Below the pieces are notes generated by a model. That model made no database searches. It had not been told where the DNA came from and worked only from the letters and a program-made list of their open reading frames with translations. A stretch of 63,464 bases of DNA, filler included, from Hyphochytrium catenoides (Eukaryota > Protista > Hyphochytriomycota), in NCBI GenBank assembly GCA_900088475.1. It is 4 parts of 4 records of this genome, joined end to end, with 100 filler letters (N's around TTAATTAATTAA, not from the genome) between each part and the next. Parts side by side here need not be neighbours in the genome. Positions count along the whole stretch, not along the records: positions 26,501 to 51,280 come from FLMG01001848.1; positions 51,381 to 56,561 come from FLMG01001157.1; positions 56,662 to 63,464 come from FLMG01001785.1; 1 more part is not named here. The stretch is one strand, 5' to 3'. Each line of letters begins with the position of its first letter. Within the stretch, counting starts at the first letter, position 1. The position numbers and the translations under genes were made by a program. Positions 49,067 through 62,098 of this stretch are shown here, in pieces.

Positions 49067-50793
49067 AAGAAGAGAAGAGTGAGACTGAGAGGAAAACGGG
49101 AGAGAGAGAGAGTTGTGCGTGCTAAGAAGGGAATGTGCGTGGAAATGTGATGCACATCCCACAGCAAGAAGAAGGGTTGTGAAGAATAGTAGAGTTGCAC
49201 CGCGCTGCCACTCAGTCCCTTATGTTTAGGAACTCTCCTCTTATGTTCTCTCATTTTCTGGAGAGAATGATTCGTTGGTTGTCCTAACTTTCTTCTTCCA
49301 ACTCCTTGTCATAATAGTCCTTACTAATGATGGCTGAGAAAATAAAGTAAGTAAGGCTTAGCTGATGAGGAGATAAAGACTTCTTCGTAGTAGCTCGTTC
49401 CGGCTCGATCATCTTTTTACCTTGCAGCGTTCTCGCCAGGTGTACCTTCGACTCTTTGTTGATTCCCTTCCGTTCGTTTGTTCATTATAGTGCCATCACT
49501 CTCCGCTTCTTGTTGCTTCACATACCGCTGCTCGAAAAATATTTCTAAATATTTTTAAGCAGTCGATATTATTGCCTGGTAGTTTATCTCCAGGTGCTCC
49601 CTCTTTCCTTATTTATCAACGACGAGTAGAATATTTCTAGGAAACCTGCGGCGTTGATAAACGGAGAGAGGGACTTTGGTTAGTTGGCCCCCTGAAAAAT
49701 GAGCAGCAGGTACTTCTTTCTCCTTCTTGTTCCTTCCGTTTGGGTGAAGAAAAGAAACACTAATATTGCCTGATACCGCAACTTTGGGAACAGAGGGTGC
49801 GTGGGATAGACATTATGGTCAGTTCCTGGAGCCCACAGCTACCATGCCGCCGCACCCAAACAGTAGTAGCTCATTAATGATCGGAGACGGTATTATCAGC
49901 TAAAATAGCCTTCCTTGTACTACCAAAGGTAGTAATAAGAATATCGCTAACAGATAGAGATCAGCTTTTTCTCATAGCTGATGAGAGGGAGGTGCACCAT
50001 GATGATGGCAAGAGGAAAGATGCAACCGCTTAGATTTGGAGACTTGTTGAAGGAGCCATTGTCTGCGCAGAGTCTGTCAGCCTGCTGTTAATAAACACTT
50101 GCAAGCCTTTCTCTCTCTCTTTGTTTACTGGGCTTCTTTCTCTGCCTCCGCTCTTCATCATTTCTGTGGTTTTGAGCGTGGTCAATAAGATCAATATTTC
50201 GTGTGAAGCTCTACAAGTACTGCCAGTAATGCTGTTTCGTTCATAGGACCCTCTATTCTTATCGTCATTCTTCTCGCAAGTGGTGCTGGCGTAGAAGTCC
50301 TTTAACTTTTGTTGGAGTGGTCGCTGGTTATTCGCCATGCTCTCTTCTTCAGCTTTAGGCGGCCGAAGAAATGATCTTGCAAACAATGAAGCAGTTTCCC
50401 ACGTTGCATTTCGTGCGAAAGTAGCGCTTAAACTTCGCAAAGCAGCAGGAGCAGTACTATGCATGATGACACCAGGCAACAAGATGGGGATGAACCAGAG
50501 GCAGCAGCTCACAACGGCATTGCGGCGCCAGAGGACAAATGAGGGAGTAGAAAGTGTAGGAGGAAGAAAGACTACACGGGCATCTCCAGACAGAGACAAA
50601 GAGGGATGACGTGACTATAGCGCACTAATAGTATTCTTGTTATTGTCCAAACATCCTTGTTCTTTTTGGCCCTGTCGTAGTTTAACCTGCTGCACTTCCA
50701 TTTGTGCTCTGGCAGCTGAAGGCGTGTAATAAAGCTGAGTCCGTGTTATTCTTACTTAAAGCCTCTCTCTTCATCACGTAGGACTAGCAGGCT

Positions 50794-51280
50794 TCATGGT
50801 ATTCTCAAAGAGTCAGAATACATAGAGGCCTTCTTCTGCTTCAAAGGCTCAGTGCACCCCGCGGCTGCTCCGTTTTGATCCACTTCGCTGAACGCCTTCC
50901 TTCCAGGAGCCAACCGTGTTTCGGTCAGCAGACCATCGGAATTTTTGAGCAAGGAAGGCTGGGCAAATTTGAACGGATTCGCTACGGATGTTTTCCTAAG
51001 CAACCCTCAATCTACCTGGCGGCAGACGCCCTACATCCGTCGCGAAACCTTCAGCCGCTCTGTTCTGAATGGGCTGTGGAACCCCATTTTCATCCACTAC
51101 GTACGCCGTTCCCTCATGAGTAAATCTCATACCTGGTGTTGAACCGTCAGCTCTATTTCGCACGGGCTGCGCGACTCCGTTTTCATCCACTACGAACGGC
51201 TTTCCGTCGTGAGTCAACGTAGTACCTGGGCCCAGACCATCAGCTCTATTTGGCATGGGCTGCGCGACTCCGTTTTCATC
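50794..51280 (-). CDS. 3' fragment of a 31-aa (93-bp) tandem repeat protein; possibly a pseudogene
   Basis: TTTTCATC anchors at 51087, 51180 and 51273 (93-bp period). Units DENGVAQPMPNRADGLGPGTTLTHDGKPFVV / DENGVAQPVRNRADGSTPGMRFTHEGTAYVV / DENGVPQPIQNRA. A further degenerate unit (VDQNGAA) lies in another frame. The 5' end is in the gap. Confidence 0.55.
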
Positions 51281-51380
51281 NNNNNNNNNNNNNNNNNNNN
51301 NNNNNNNNNNNNNNNNNNNNNNNNTTAATTAATTAANNNNNNNNNNNNNNNNNNNNNNNNNNNNNNNNNNNNNNNNNNNN

Positions 51381-54300
51381 ATCTCGAGCTGACGGAGAAG
51401 AAGGCGTTATTGCCCATGCAAAAGAGTTAGACTGTGGAAGGTGAAAGTGCAGCTATCAAGCCCCAGGAGAGAAAAAAATCGGCTAGGGGGTTAGAAGGAG
51501 GATGAGAGAGAGAGAGAGAGAGAGAAGAGAAGGAAGCACCCTAATTCTCCTACCTCACCATCCACCAAGCTCGTGCCTCCTTGTGCTCGATCGACCTGTG
51601 AGGGTAAGAACAGGCCAACAGGAAGACCCCGACAGACATAACTTAGACGATAATGCTCATAGAGCGTATGGAAGCAAAAGAAAGCACAAGGAGAGCTCCG
51701 ATAAAAGAAGGTTCGTCTAGACTACAGCCGAGATAGAGTTAGGAAAGCCTTCATACATGGACTGAGAAGCGTGCGTTCTTCTGCTTGTCTTGAATGTACA
51801 TGAGAGAGGTCAGAGGATAGTAGTTCGCAGAGACAGGATCGGTCACAGCTAGCGGCCAAGTTGCACGTTTATTCCTGTGAGACAAATAGCAAAAGCAACG
51901 GAGGCAACGAAGATCAGCCCAGACACAAGGAGAGAAAGGAAGGAAAGAAAGAGAGATGGTGAAAAGAGGATTGGTTGTAGCTAAAGGTGAAGCTCAAGTT
52001 AGTCAATGTGTACTGACCTCTGGCGCTTCTGCATATCTCGTCCGTTGGCATCTGTGTACCACTCTGCCGCATTATTGAGCTCTGTGTGCCAGAGAGAGAC
52101 GACTTCACTTCCCTTCTTGTCGTCAGGTAGAGGGCCTACTGTCCACTCTATCTCAAGATAAGGCAGCGAGGCGTACAAGCGAAGGGTTTGGCGGACAAAT
52201 GGCCCGAATGTCTGTACACACATAATGGAGACTTCAAGGGTTAGGGATAAGCTTAGAAGGTAGGATGGTGTAGGATGTGCCGGGGAAATAGGAGCAGGCC
52301 AAACGCGAGAGGATGGAGGGGGGGAGGCTAACTAACCCGACTCTCGCTGTTAAGAGTCAGAACCCAACATTGCTAGAGTAGTCTGTGGCTTGGCGCATGC
52401 GAACCAAATTGTGGGACGCACAGAGAGAGAAAGAGAGAGAGACAGAGAGAGAGCGCCCGCGCGCGAGAGAGAGAGAGCGCCCGCGCGCGAGAGAGAGAGA
52501 GCGCCCGCGCGCGAGAGAGAGAGAGCGAGAGAGGGAGAGGAAGAGGGAAGGACAGAGAAAGAGGGACAGACAGAGAAATAGGAAGCAGTAGTAATATCTA
52601 TGGTTGCTACCTGATGTATCTCTTGGACGATTGGTCCCTTGACGACGGTGGAGGTCTTGAGAGGGCCCAGCGGGTGAGGGCGACAAGGAGCAACGTCACC
52701 TTCTGGGCATTGAGGGCGAAAGATGTACGCTCCGCTTGCCATCCCTTTCCTTTCTGTCGTGTTGCCATCACTTGGGACGTAGAAGGCCCAGCTTTGCCGA
52801 ACCTAGAGCAGTAGCAGAAGCACCGGGCCAAGCCCAGACGGAGGATAATTTGAGCCAGGAAATATAGTGGAGGTTTTGAGAGACAAAGATTACCGAGCGC
52901 TAGAACGGAAGAAAGAGAAGTGCTGGTTCTTTAGATGCAAAAGAGATAGCACTAAAGTACAAGATAAGACGGCGGCACAATGTGTGAAGAGTAAGAAAGA
53001 GTCAACCATTGCGTACCTTTGTCTGCACCTTTGAGATCTTGTTTCTGATGCTGAGGAAAGAGGAGGTGGAGGTAGAAGGAGAGAGGGTGATCTCATAAAA
53101 ATCGTTCTCAATCACATTTGACGTCGACAAAGCTTCATCCTTCAAGGGAGAGAAGAACCCAGAAGCCTTAGCAGGAGCCAGCGATATGACCTTGAAGCCC
53201 GTCGCAGGAACATCAGCAAGGAAGACCGCCGCTTTGTCTGCCTTCCGATCGGACGAAGAGAGGGTCAGAGATCGAGGAAGAAAAAGTGGCACTGTCTGCA
53301 CAGGAATGATTGCTCCCTTGCTGTCCCTGGCAACCAAAGAAAGTGTGGAAGGCGAGAGCGGGAGTCTAACAGCCGTGGTTCTATTCTGCCCCAACGGATT
53401 GAAAAGTATCAGCTTGTAGGGCTCCGTGGTAGACTCCGTAAACGGACAACTGCAGAGAGAGAGAAGAGGAAAGGTGAAACATAGATGAGGCCACAGGCAA
53501 ACAGACGGATATGTTAAACCCTAGAGCAAGGTCCAAACATGCTCTCTATGACGCCTACCTGCTCTCATTCAGCAAAGGGCAGCGGTGCATACTCACTGGA
53601 GGCTGAGGTGAAGAGGCAGATGGAGAAACGAGGAGGGAAGAGATTGCATTCGTCATGATATTCTCGCATGCCACTCCTCCCTTGTAAATTCTCTGGGCAT
53701 AGTCATCAGCTACGGCCTGTTTCTCCGTACCACTGACTGCGTCATGATGTTGAGCAACAGCCATAGCTTCCCAGAGCGTGAAGGAAGAGAGAGAGGGATG
53801 GGGGACCTGCAGCAAGTGAAAAGACAAGCATTAATGAGTGACGAAAGCCGAGAAAGAATACAAGGAAGAGCTATTACAGAGAGAGACTCTCCTGTTAGGA
53901 ATAGAGAAGATAAGCCCTCTCAGTGCCAAGCCTTGTAATCGTGTCAAAAGAGAAAAGAGAAAGAGCTTGGTGTCCTCGGACTGCTCCCGTCGCAGCACAA
54001 AATTATTTCTCCTCCCAATTTCTCTCCAGGTCGGCATCAATCGTGGAGCAATTTCTCTCTTCGCTATAACTGTTCTTCCCCTTCTTTGTTAGCTGCGACC
54101 TTGCTTACCCATAGCTCGAGCTGCCGACAGGCCTGTAACAGGCTGCTCATCCTCCTGACGTAGCGCTTCAGTCCTGGCCTGGACGTAAAGTAGCCCGTCC
54201 AGACAGAATGACTTTCCTTGGAAGTAACTCTCCCACCTCCTGGAGTGTTAGGGTCGAAGCTGGCCTGGCCATCTCCATAGGGAAAGAAGTCGTCTTCCTT

Positions 54301-56432
54301 AGTAGGTAGACTGGGGTTGGACTGGTGGCGAGCCTCCACATAGAGGCGCGGCGTCGAATAAAAGACGTTAACACGTCCATCGAGGTTGACATAGTGGATG
54401 AGCTGTAAGAGAGCGCGGGAGAGAAGAGAGCGGCGTGGGGAATTGGGGGAAGTGAATTGGGGGAAAGAGAGAGAGAAACACAGAGAAAGGGAGAGAATGT
54501 CGGCGGGATGGGAGTTTGAATTTTCAGGAACTGAGAAGGAAGCTGGATCGCAGACGTAACGTCTACGAGGCAATGACGGAATTGAGCGAGACAAAGATAG
54601 AAGCTTCATGTCTCTCTCTTACGCTTACCATAATAGCAAGACACAATGTTTAGATAACGTGAGAAGCGAAAGAATGGATGAGAACAAAGGCACCAAGCCG
54701 CACTATATATAGTTTCAAGGTTTATAAAATATAAAGAGAATGGATAAAGATAAAGCGTTTCACCTTGTCCATGTTTCTGAAAAAGCGGCTGCCAGCTTCA
54801 TAGTTGAAGTCATCTCCCATGAGGATCATGATATGCCGATCGCCTTCTTTCTTCGCATCCTGTCCGTAGGCTTTGGCACGGTCTTCCGCGACCCTGACAA
54901 AGTCTTCAACACGCTGCTTGACGTTCATCTCGAAGAGTGGGTCGTCCATGATAGGCGCGTTAACTAGGAGAGATGGTTGCACGGGGGAAGAGAGACACAG
55001 AGAGAGAGACAGAGAGCGAGAGCAGAGAGAGGAGAGTGCAACAAGAAAACCCTCAGTAAAACTGGTGATGCAAGCAAGTTCAGCTATCCCACAGTCACAA
55101 ACACAAGGCCAAATTTAAAGCAGGAGTGATCAAGCACATTAACAGCCCTACGACGAAAGGAGAACGACATATTCTGGGCTCGGGAGAAGAGGAAGACCAA
55201 CAAGAGGCGAGATAAGGTCTTCGCCCACCATCTGCGGCGCTGGTGATGTCCCAACGGAAGCCATCAGGTGCTGAGTAATGGAACATGGCGCCGAACATTA
55301 TGTCAGCGTTAGAGCCCAAGCTTTTGCTAGCACGGTGTAAGAGCTCCAGCTCCCTCTTCGTAATCCGAACAGCCATGTCCTGATAATCAATGCGGCCAAC
55401 GAACCAAGCATTCATGCCCATTAAGGAGTTCAGGGTTGACTGGAAGGAAGAATGCCCCTAAGGAGAGAGAAAATGTTCGCACACGAAGAGCAAGAGAAAG
55501 TCAGAGCGACAGAGCGACAGAGCGAGATGTTAAGATGACAAGAGCGAATAGACAGACGGAGAGAAGTGCACGACTACAATCGAAGACTCTACCCCTTTCC
55601 AACATGATCACAGGTTTATATAGGAAAAGCTAGACCGGCCTTGAGATAAGCAAGGTAAAGTTGCGCTTAGGGACAGCGTGAAAGCAGAGGAAATGTAAGA
55701 GAGCTCAGCGGGTAAACAAGGATCTAACATGAGGTAAAGATGTCACATCGCACTTACGAAGGGATCGACTTGCCATCCTACGGTCGGCACTCCCTTAGCA
55801 CCGAAGGCTTCCTTCAGAAAGCGGTGGCCCAATGTCTGCTGGTCAATCAGGTCCACATAGTAGGGAGTCGCCTCATCATTCATGCACCTGAACGCCGCAG
55901 AAAGGCAAAAGCAGGTCAGCCAGAAGAAAAGAGCGGCAGGAGCAGCAGAGACTGATTGAGTGGCCTGCAAGCGGAAGGAAAGGCGGAAGAGGTTCTAAGC
56001 AGCTATGTGGAGAGCTCAGTGAAAGAGTCCGCGAAGAAGATAGAACGAGAGGAGTGCGAAATGACGGCTCACCAGCCTCCGTTGACGAACTCCAGCTGTC
56101 CTCTCTCCACCAGCGCTCTCACTCGGTCCTTCATCCCCTCAGACTGCAGTCGCCACCAACGCCAAAAGAAGGCCATCTCGACATAAATGAACTTCCTATA
56201 ACAGTTAAAGAAGGAGAGAAGCGTTAGACAAAGCAGTCTATAGAAAATGCTGGGCAAAAGGGGGACAGCCAGACGACATCAAGGGCAGAAACGAGAAGGT
56301 CGCCATAAACCATCGCAGAGGACAATATGAGGGAAGAGAAAGATACTCACCTGTCCTTATTCTCTTCCAGGTTGTAGATAACAGAGTCGATGATCGAATA
56401 CACTGCGGCATTCGCGGAGGAAAGCTTATCTC
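51381..56432 (-). CDS. GH38 lysosomal-type alpha-mannosidase, both ends truncated by gaps
   Basis: Multi-exon motifs in order: [42 protein letters not shown]|GHS (nucleophile Asp), [74 protein letters not shown]|LE. Confidence 0.93.
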
Positions 56433-57105
56433 CTGCAGGAGATAAGTTAACATTGCAGCTTAACCATGAGACGTGGAGGGGCCGGTCTGCCATTACGGAG
56501 AGAGAGAACAGAGGAGAAAAGAGAGAGAGAATGGGAGGAAGAAAGAGAGAGAGAGAGAGAGNNNNNNNNNNNNNNNNNNNNNNNNNNNNNNNNNNNNNNN
56601 NNNNNTTAATTAATTAANNNNNNNNNNNNNNNNNNNNNNNNNNNNNNNNNNNNNNNNNNNNAGAGAGAGAGAGAGAGAGACGAGGATGAAATGTAACTAT
56701 AGCAGTTCGTGCCTTTTCCTTTCTTCCCTATTCTAGAAATCTATTCGCGTCTCTCCTCCTCTTCTAGGGTTATTTGATACCTGGCCTCTGGTGTCTTTCT
56801 TTCTTTTCTTTTCTCTCTTCTCTGCCTTTACTCTTCCTTCTCTCTCTCTCTCTCGTCCTGAATTGCTGTCGTGCTATCAATCGCGTGTTTACATTTGTCG
56901 GTTTTCGTGTTTCCCTTTTTTCTCTCTCTCTCGCCTCTGTCTTCACTTTCTCTCTTCCTCACTCTTCATGCGCCTTCCCTTTATTATGTATCCTAACCCT
57001 TTTTCTTTCCTACTCTCTGACCGCCTTATTCTCCCTTTCTCTCTCTCNNNNNNNNNNNNNNNNNNNNNNNNNNNNNNNNNNNNNNNNNNNNNNNNNNNNN
57101 NNNNN

Positions 57106-57136
<31 letters not shown>

Positions 57137-57303
57137 CCTCTTTCTCTGTCTCTCTCTTTCTCTGTCTCTTTCTCTTTCTCTGTCTCTCTCTCTCTCTACC
57201 TCCCTCTCTCCTTCTTTCTCCGTGTCTCTCTCTCTCTCTTTCTCTACCTCCCTCTCTCCTCCTTGTTTTTCCGTCTCTCTCTTTGGTGTTTCTCTCTCGT
57301 TAG

Positions 57304-58133
57304 GAGAGGAGTTCACGCGGATGCGTTACACAGCCGTAACGACAGTGGACCCGCTGAAGATGGAGAGTGAGGGTTATATACTCCGAACAAAGAGGTGTTT
57401 CTCTCTCCTTTTCTTCTCTCTTCTTCTGTCTCTTTCTCTCCTCTCTCTCCCTCTCTGCCGTCTCTCTCTCTCCCAGTGACACATACTTCTATCGCACTCC
57501 GTATTTCGTTGCATAATGTCCATCCCACTCGCCTCCCATCTTCCAAGGAGAAACCGCTCTCTCTCTCTCTCTCACTTTCTTCTCGATTCCCGTCTCTCTC
57601 CACCATAGCACTTTTTACTTTCTTTCTCTCGCAATCTTCCTTGTTTCTCAAATTTATTCCTCACAGCATCTCTTCTGTGTCCTATCTCTCGTTTCGGTAT
57701 CTCTCATTTTCTCTCGCCCTCTACTTTCTCCGTCGCTCTTCTCTCTTTCTCTCTCTCCTGTTCTTTCTTTCTTTCTCTCTCTTTCTCTTTTCTCTTCGTC
57801 TTCCTTCCTGGCTCCCTCGCTCCCGTCCTTTCTCTCTCTCTCTCTCTTCCCTTTTTCTCTTTGTCTTCCTCTCTGTCTCCCCCCGTCTTTCTTTCTCTCT
57901 TTCTTCTCTCTCTCTCCCTTTCTCTTCTCTCTCTCTCTCTCTCCCCCCATCAGGCAGCAGCGTCCAATCAGTGTATTGATCGTGGTGACGATGTACAACG
58001 AGGAAGGAGGAGAGCTGCACTTGACGCTGAGAAAGATCTGCAAGAACTTGGAATATCTTCAGCATCAGGGACAACACGTCGGTCTCTCCTCTCAGGAAAC
58101 CTGGAAGAGTGTGCAGGTCGCAGGTAAGACAGA

Positions 58134-58193
<60 letters not shown>

Positions 58194-58758
58194 CAAGATG
58201 CCCTGAGATAGGAAGAAAGAGAGGGGAAGTAAGGAAAAAGAAAAAGAGAGAACAAGAAAGTTTTTAGGTTAATATGCACCATCCTCCCTCCTGTGTCTCC
58301 GTTCTGCTCTTTCTGTATTTGTCTCTCTCTCTCTCTCTCCCGGTCTTCGTCTTTCTCTGTGTGCGTGTCTCTCTCTCTCTCTCTTCCTCTCTCCCCTGGC
58401 CTTCTCTCCCCTCCGCTCTTATCCCTATTTCCCTTCTCACTCCAATATCCCTCCCCGCCCCCCCTTCCCCTCTAACTATCTTCCACTCACTTACTCTCTC
58501 TCTCTCTCTCTCTTTCTCACTTTCACTCTCTCTCTCTCGTCGCTCTCTCTCTCTCTCTCTTTCTTTTTCTCTCTCTCTCTCTCTCCTTCTTTCTCTCTCT
58601 CTCTCTCTCTAGTGGTGAGTGACGGGCGGACGAAGGCTCATCCTTCGACTTTGAAGTACGCTTCAGAGATTGGAATCTTTGATCCTGCGGTCATGACCAT
58701 CGCCAGCACCGGAATTGACGTCACTCTGCATCTCTTCGAGTTTCCTGTCCAACTGAGG

Positions 58759-58817
<59 letters not shown>

Positions 58818-59104
58818 TTCTCTTTCTTTCTTTGTTTCTTTCTCTCTCTGTCTCTCTCTCTTCCTCCCGTTTCTCTTTGTCTCAAACTCTTTCTCGTGCT
58901 CTCATCCTAGTTTCGCTTATTTCTCTCATCGAAGCGCGTCTCTCTCCCTCTCTGTTATACGTCTTGTTTACCTATGGGGATGCCTCCGTTCTCTCTCTCC
59001 CTCATTTCTCTGTGTCTCTCTCTCCTTTTATCCTTTCAATCCTTTTCCCTGCCGGCCTCATGTGCACTTTATCACCTTTTATTTATCCCTTCTTCTCCCA
59101 TTTT

Positions 59105-59135
<31 letters not shown>

Positions 59136-60653
59136 TGACGCTTTTTTCTCTACTTCCCCCTTCTCTCTGCTGAAGGCTGAGCTCACAAAGGTTCTCTCTC
59201 TCTCCGTCTCTCTCTCTTTCTCTCTCAATCTCTCTCTTCCCAAGCACAGGAACGCTCATCCAGGGGAGAACAGTAGCGTGCGTTTCCCTCCTTTGCAGAC
59301 AATCTTCGCACTAAAAGAGAGAAACGCAGGGAAACTGAACTCTCATCTTTGGTTCTTCCACGGCTTCGCAGAGCAGCTCCAGCCCAAATACACAGTCCTC
59401 CTCGATGTGGGCACCATGCCCACACAGTCAGGTAAGGGGGGAGAGAGAGAGAGAGAGACTGAGAGAAAGAGAGAGAGAGAGCGAGAGCGAGAGAGGAGAG
59501 AGAGAGAGAGAGAGAATGCTTAGTAGGTGCAGGAAAAGGATAAACAGATTGTGGAAGAGACAGAAAGGGGTTCACGGAGGAAGCGTGGCAGATGGTGCTA
59601 AACTCTCTCTCGCTTTCGCAGCATCCTAAGACCTCTTGGCATCCATTTCTGACCTTCAGATATTTCCCTCTCGTTTCTCCCTCTCTCTCTCTCTCCTTTC
59701 TCTCTCCCCATCTCTTTACTTCTCTCTCTTCCTGGCGCTCTCTCGCTTATCGTCCTCTCCCTTACTCTTTCTTCCCCTCTCTCTCTTTGTTGTCTCTCTC
59801 TCTCTCCCTTTCTTGTCTCTCTCTCTCTCTTACTCTCTTTCTTCCCTAGCCATCTTCCGTCTGCTCCGTTCGATGGAGAGAAACCCGCAGATCGGCGGCT
59901 GCTGTGGTGAGATCACGGTGGACAATGGGATAGGACAATCCTGGCAGGAGATGCTCAAGACGTACACCAACTTCGTATGTCTCTCTCTCTCTCTTCTCCC
60001 TCGCTTCTCTCCCTCTCTTTCTCTCTTTCTTAATCTCTCTTTCCTTCTTCTCTCCTTCTCCTGTCTTTCACCTCTCTCTCTTTCTTGTTGATCCTCTCGC
60101 CCCGTTTTTTCGTTATCGATGGTCAAGTTCCCTTCCGTTTCCCGGCGTATCCTCTCTTTGTTTGTTTCTCTCTTCTCTCTCTTCTTTAGTCCTCTTCTTT
60201 GTCAAATATTCCGTCTCTCTCATGTTTTCTTTTTCCCCTCTCTCTTTTTTCTCTCTTTCTCTCTCTTCCACCTGTCCTTCCCTGTCGCTCGATTCTTCTC
60301 TGTCTCTTTCTCTCATGCTGACCTTCTCCATCTCTCCCCTGTTGTCTCTCTATCTCTTGCTCCATACATAATATCTCTCTCTCTCTCTCAATCTCTCTCT
60401 CCTTCTCTCTCTCTCTCTCCTCTCTCTCTCTCTTTTCTCTCTCTCTCTCTCTCGTCAGACGGTGGCTGCCCAGCAGTTCGAGTACAAGGTCTCCAACATG
60501 TTGGACAAGGCTTTAGAGTCTGTCTTTGGATTCATTTCCGTCCTTCCCGGCGCCTTCTCCGCCTACAGATACGAAGCCATCAGAGGAGAACCGCTCAGAG
60601 CGTATTTTAAAGGACTAACGCACTCTATGAAGGTAAAGAGAGAGAACTTGGAA

Positions 60654-60708
<55 letters not shown>

Positions 60709-61100
60709 GTGAGAGAGAGAGTTGAATACGGGAAATAATGGGAAAGGGATACGACGGGTAGAGAGATCACCTAGCGGAAAGAGGAGGACACCTGGAGGAA
60801 AAGCTTTAGGAGAGAGTCTTGAGCGCTCTCTTGCGATTTCCTCTCCTTTATTATCTGTCCCTCTTATCACATCTCCTCAACCTCTCTCTCTCTCTCTCTC
60901 TCTCTGTACGTTTCCTCTCGTCTTCTTTTGTCTCCCTCTTTTGCTTCTTTGCTTCTTCTCTCACTCTTCTGCTTTGTCTCTCTTTTCTTGCTCCTCTTCG
61001 CAACCTCTTCTTTCTTTTCTTCTCTCTCACTCTGTAAATTTCTTGCCCTTCTCTCTTGTCTCTTTTTCTTCTCCCACCTCCATCTCTGCTTTCTCTCCCT

Positions 61101-61143
<43 letters not shown>

Positions 61144-61788
61144 TTTCCCTCGTCCTACCGTGTAGGAGATGGGCCCTTTCCAAGGAAACATGTACCTGGC
61201 AGAGGATCGAATCCTTTGCTTTGAGCTCATCGCGAAGAGAGACTCGGACTGGATTATGCATTACGTTAAGAACGCGGTGAGAGAGGGAGAGAAAAGAAAG
61301 AGGAGAGACTGGGGTTTACTTTTGGTTCTCTCTCCTCTCTCTTATCCTCACTTTGCGTCCTGACCTTGTGTCTCCCGCTTTCTTTTTCTTCTTTCTGGCA
61401 CGATGCCCAGCAACCATCTGGTTGCCTTATCTTTTCCCTCTATCTTTCGTCCCCTTTTGTTCCTCTTCATTATCTCTCTCTCTCCTTCCTATCTCTTTTC
61501 TTTGCTCTTTCTCTCTCTCTCTCTCTCTCTTGTCCTCTCTTCCTGGTGCTCGGAAATTTTGTTAGCGCTAACCATATTCTTGTTAACCGTCCGTCAAGTA
61601 GGTATAAATTTCCCCTTCGTTCTCTCGTTTCGTCTCTCTCTCTCTTGCTCTCCCTGGTTGCGTCTCTCACTAAAATTGACTTTCTCTGTTTCTGTCTCTC
61701 TCTCTCTCTCTCTCTCTCTTTCTCCCTCTCTCTCTCNNNNNNNNNNNNNNNNNNNNNNNNNNNNNNNNNNNNNNNNNNNNNNNCTCTT

Positions 61789-61819
<31 letters not shown>

Positions 61820-62051
61820 GTTTTTCCCAAGGTGGCCCGCACGGACGTCCCTCTGACTCTCGTTTCTCTAACAAAACAACGCCGTCGGTGGTTGAACGGC
61901 TCTTTCTTCGCTGCGCTTTATGTTTTGATGCACTTCCGTCGCGTTCTGGAAGAGACGAAACACTCCTGGGGAAGGAAGCTCTCTCTCTCTCTCCAGTTTC
62001 TCTACATTTGCTGCTCGACTCTTCTCTCTTGGTTNNNNNNNNNNNNNNNNN

Positions 62052-62098
<47 letters not shown>

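Noticed and set aside
33000-50000. TAG/TAA reassignment to Gln (alternative genetic code)
   Set aside because: Intact genes end in TAG (GNAT, CFAP141-like), TAA (YSL, FSH1) and TGA (Rad5) and have no internal stops. In-frame stops occur only in relics that also carry frameshifts.
50030-50599. 189-aa minus-strand ORF
   Set aside because: No recognisable motif and the downstream frame is full of stops; cannot be supported as a gene.
52449-52525. Three copies of a 24-bp GC-rich unit (GAGCGCCCGCGCGCGAGAGAGAGA) in a mannosidase intron
   Set aside because: Best explained as slippage of an interrupted GA microsatellite.
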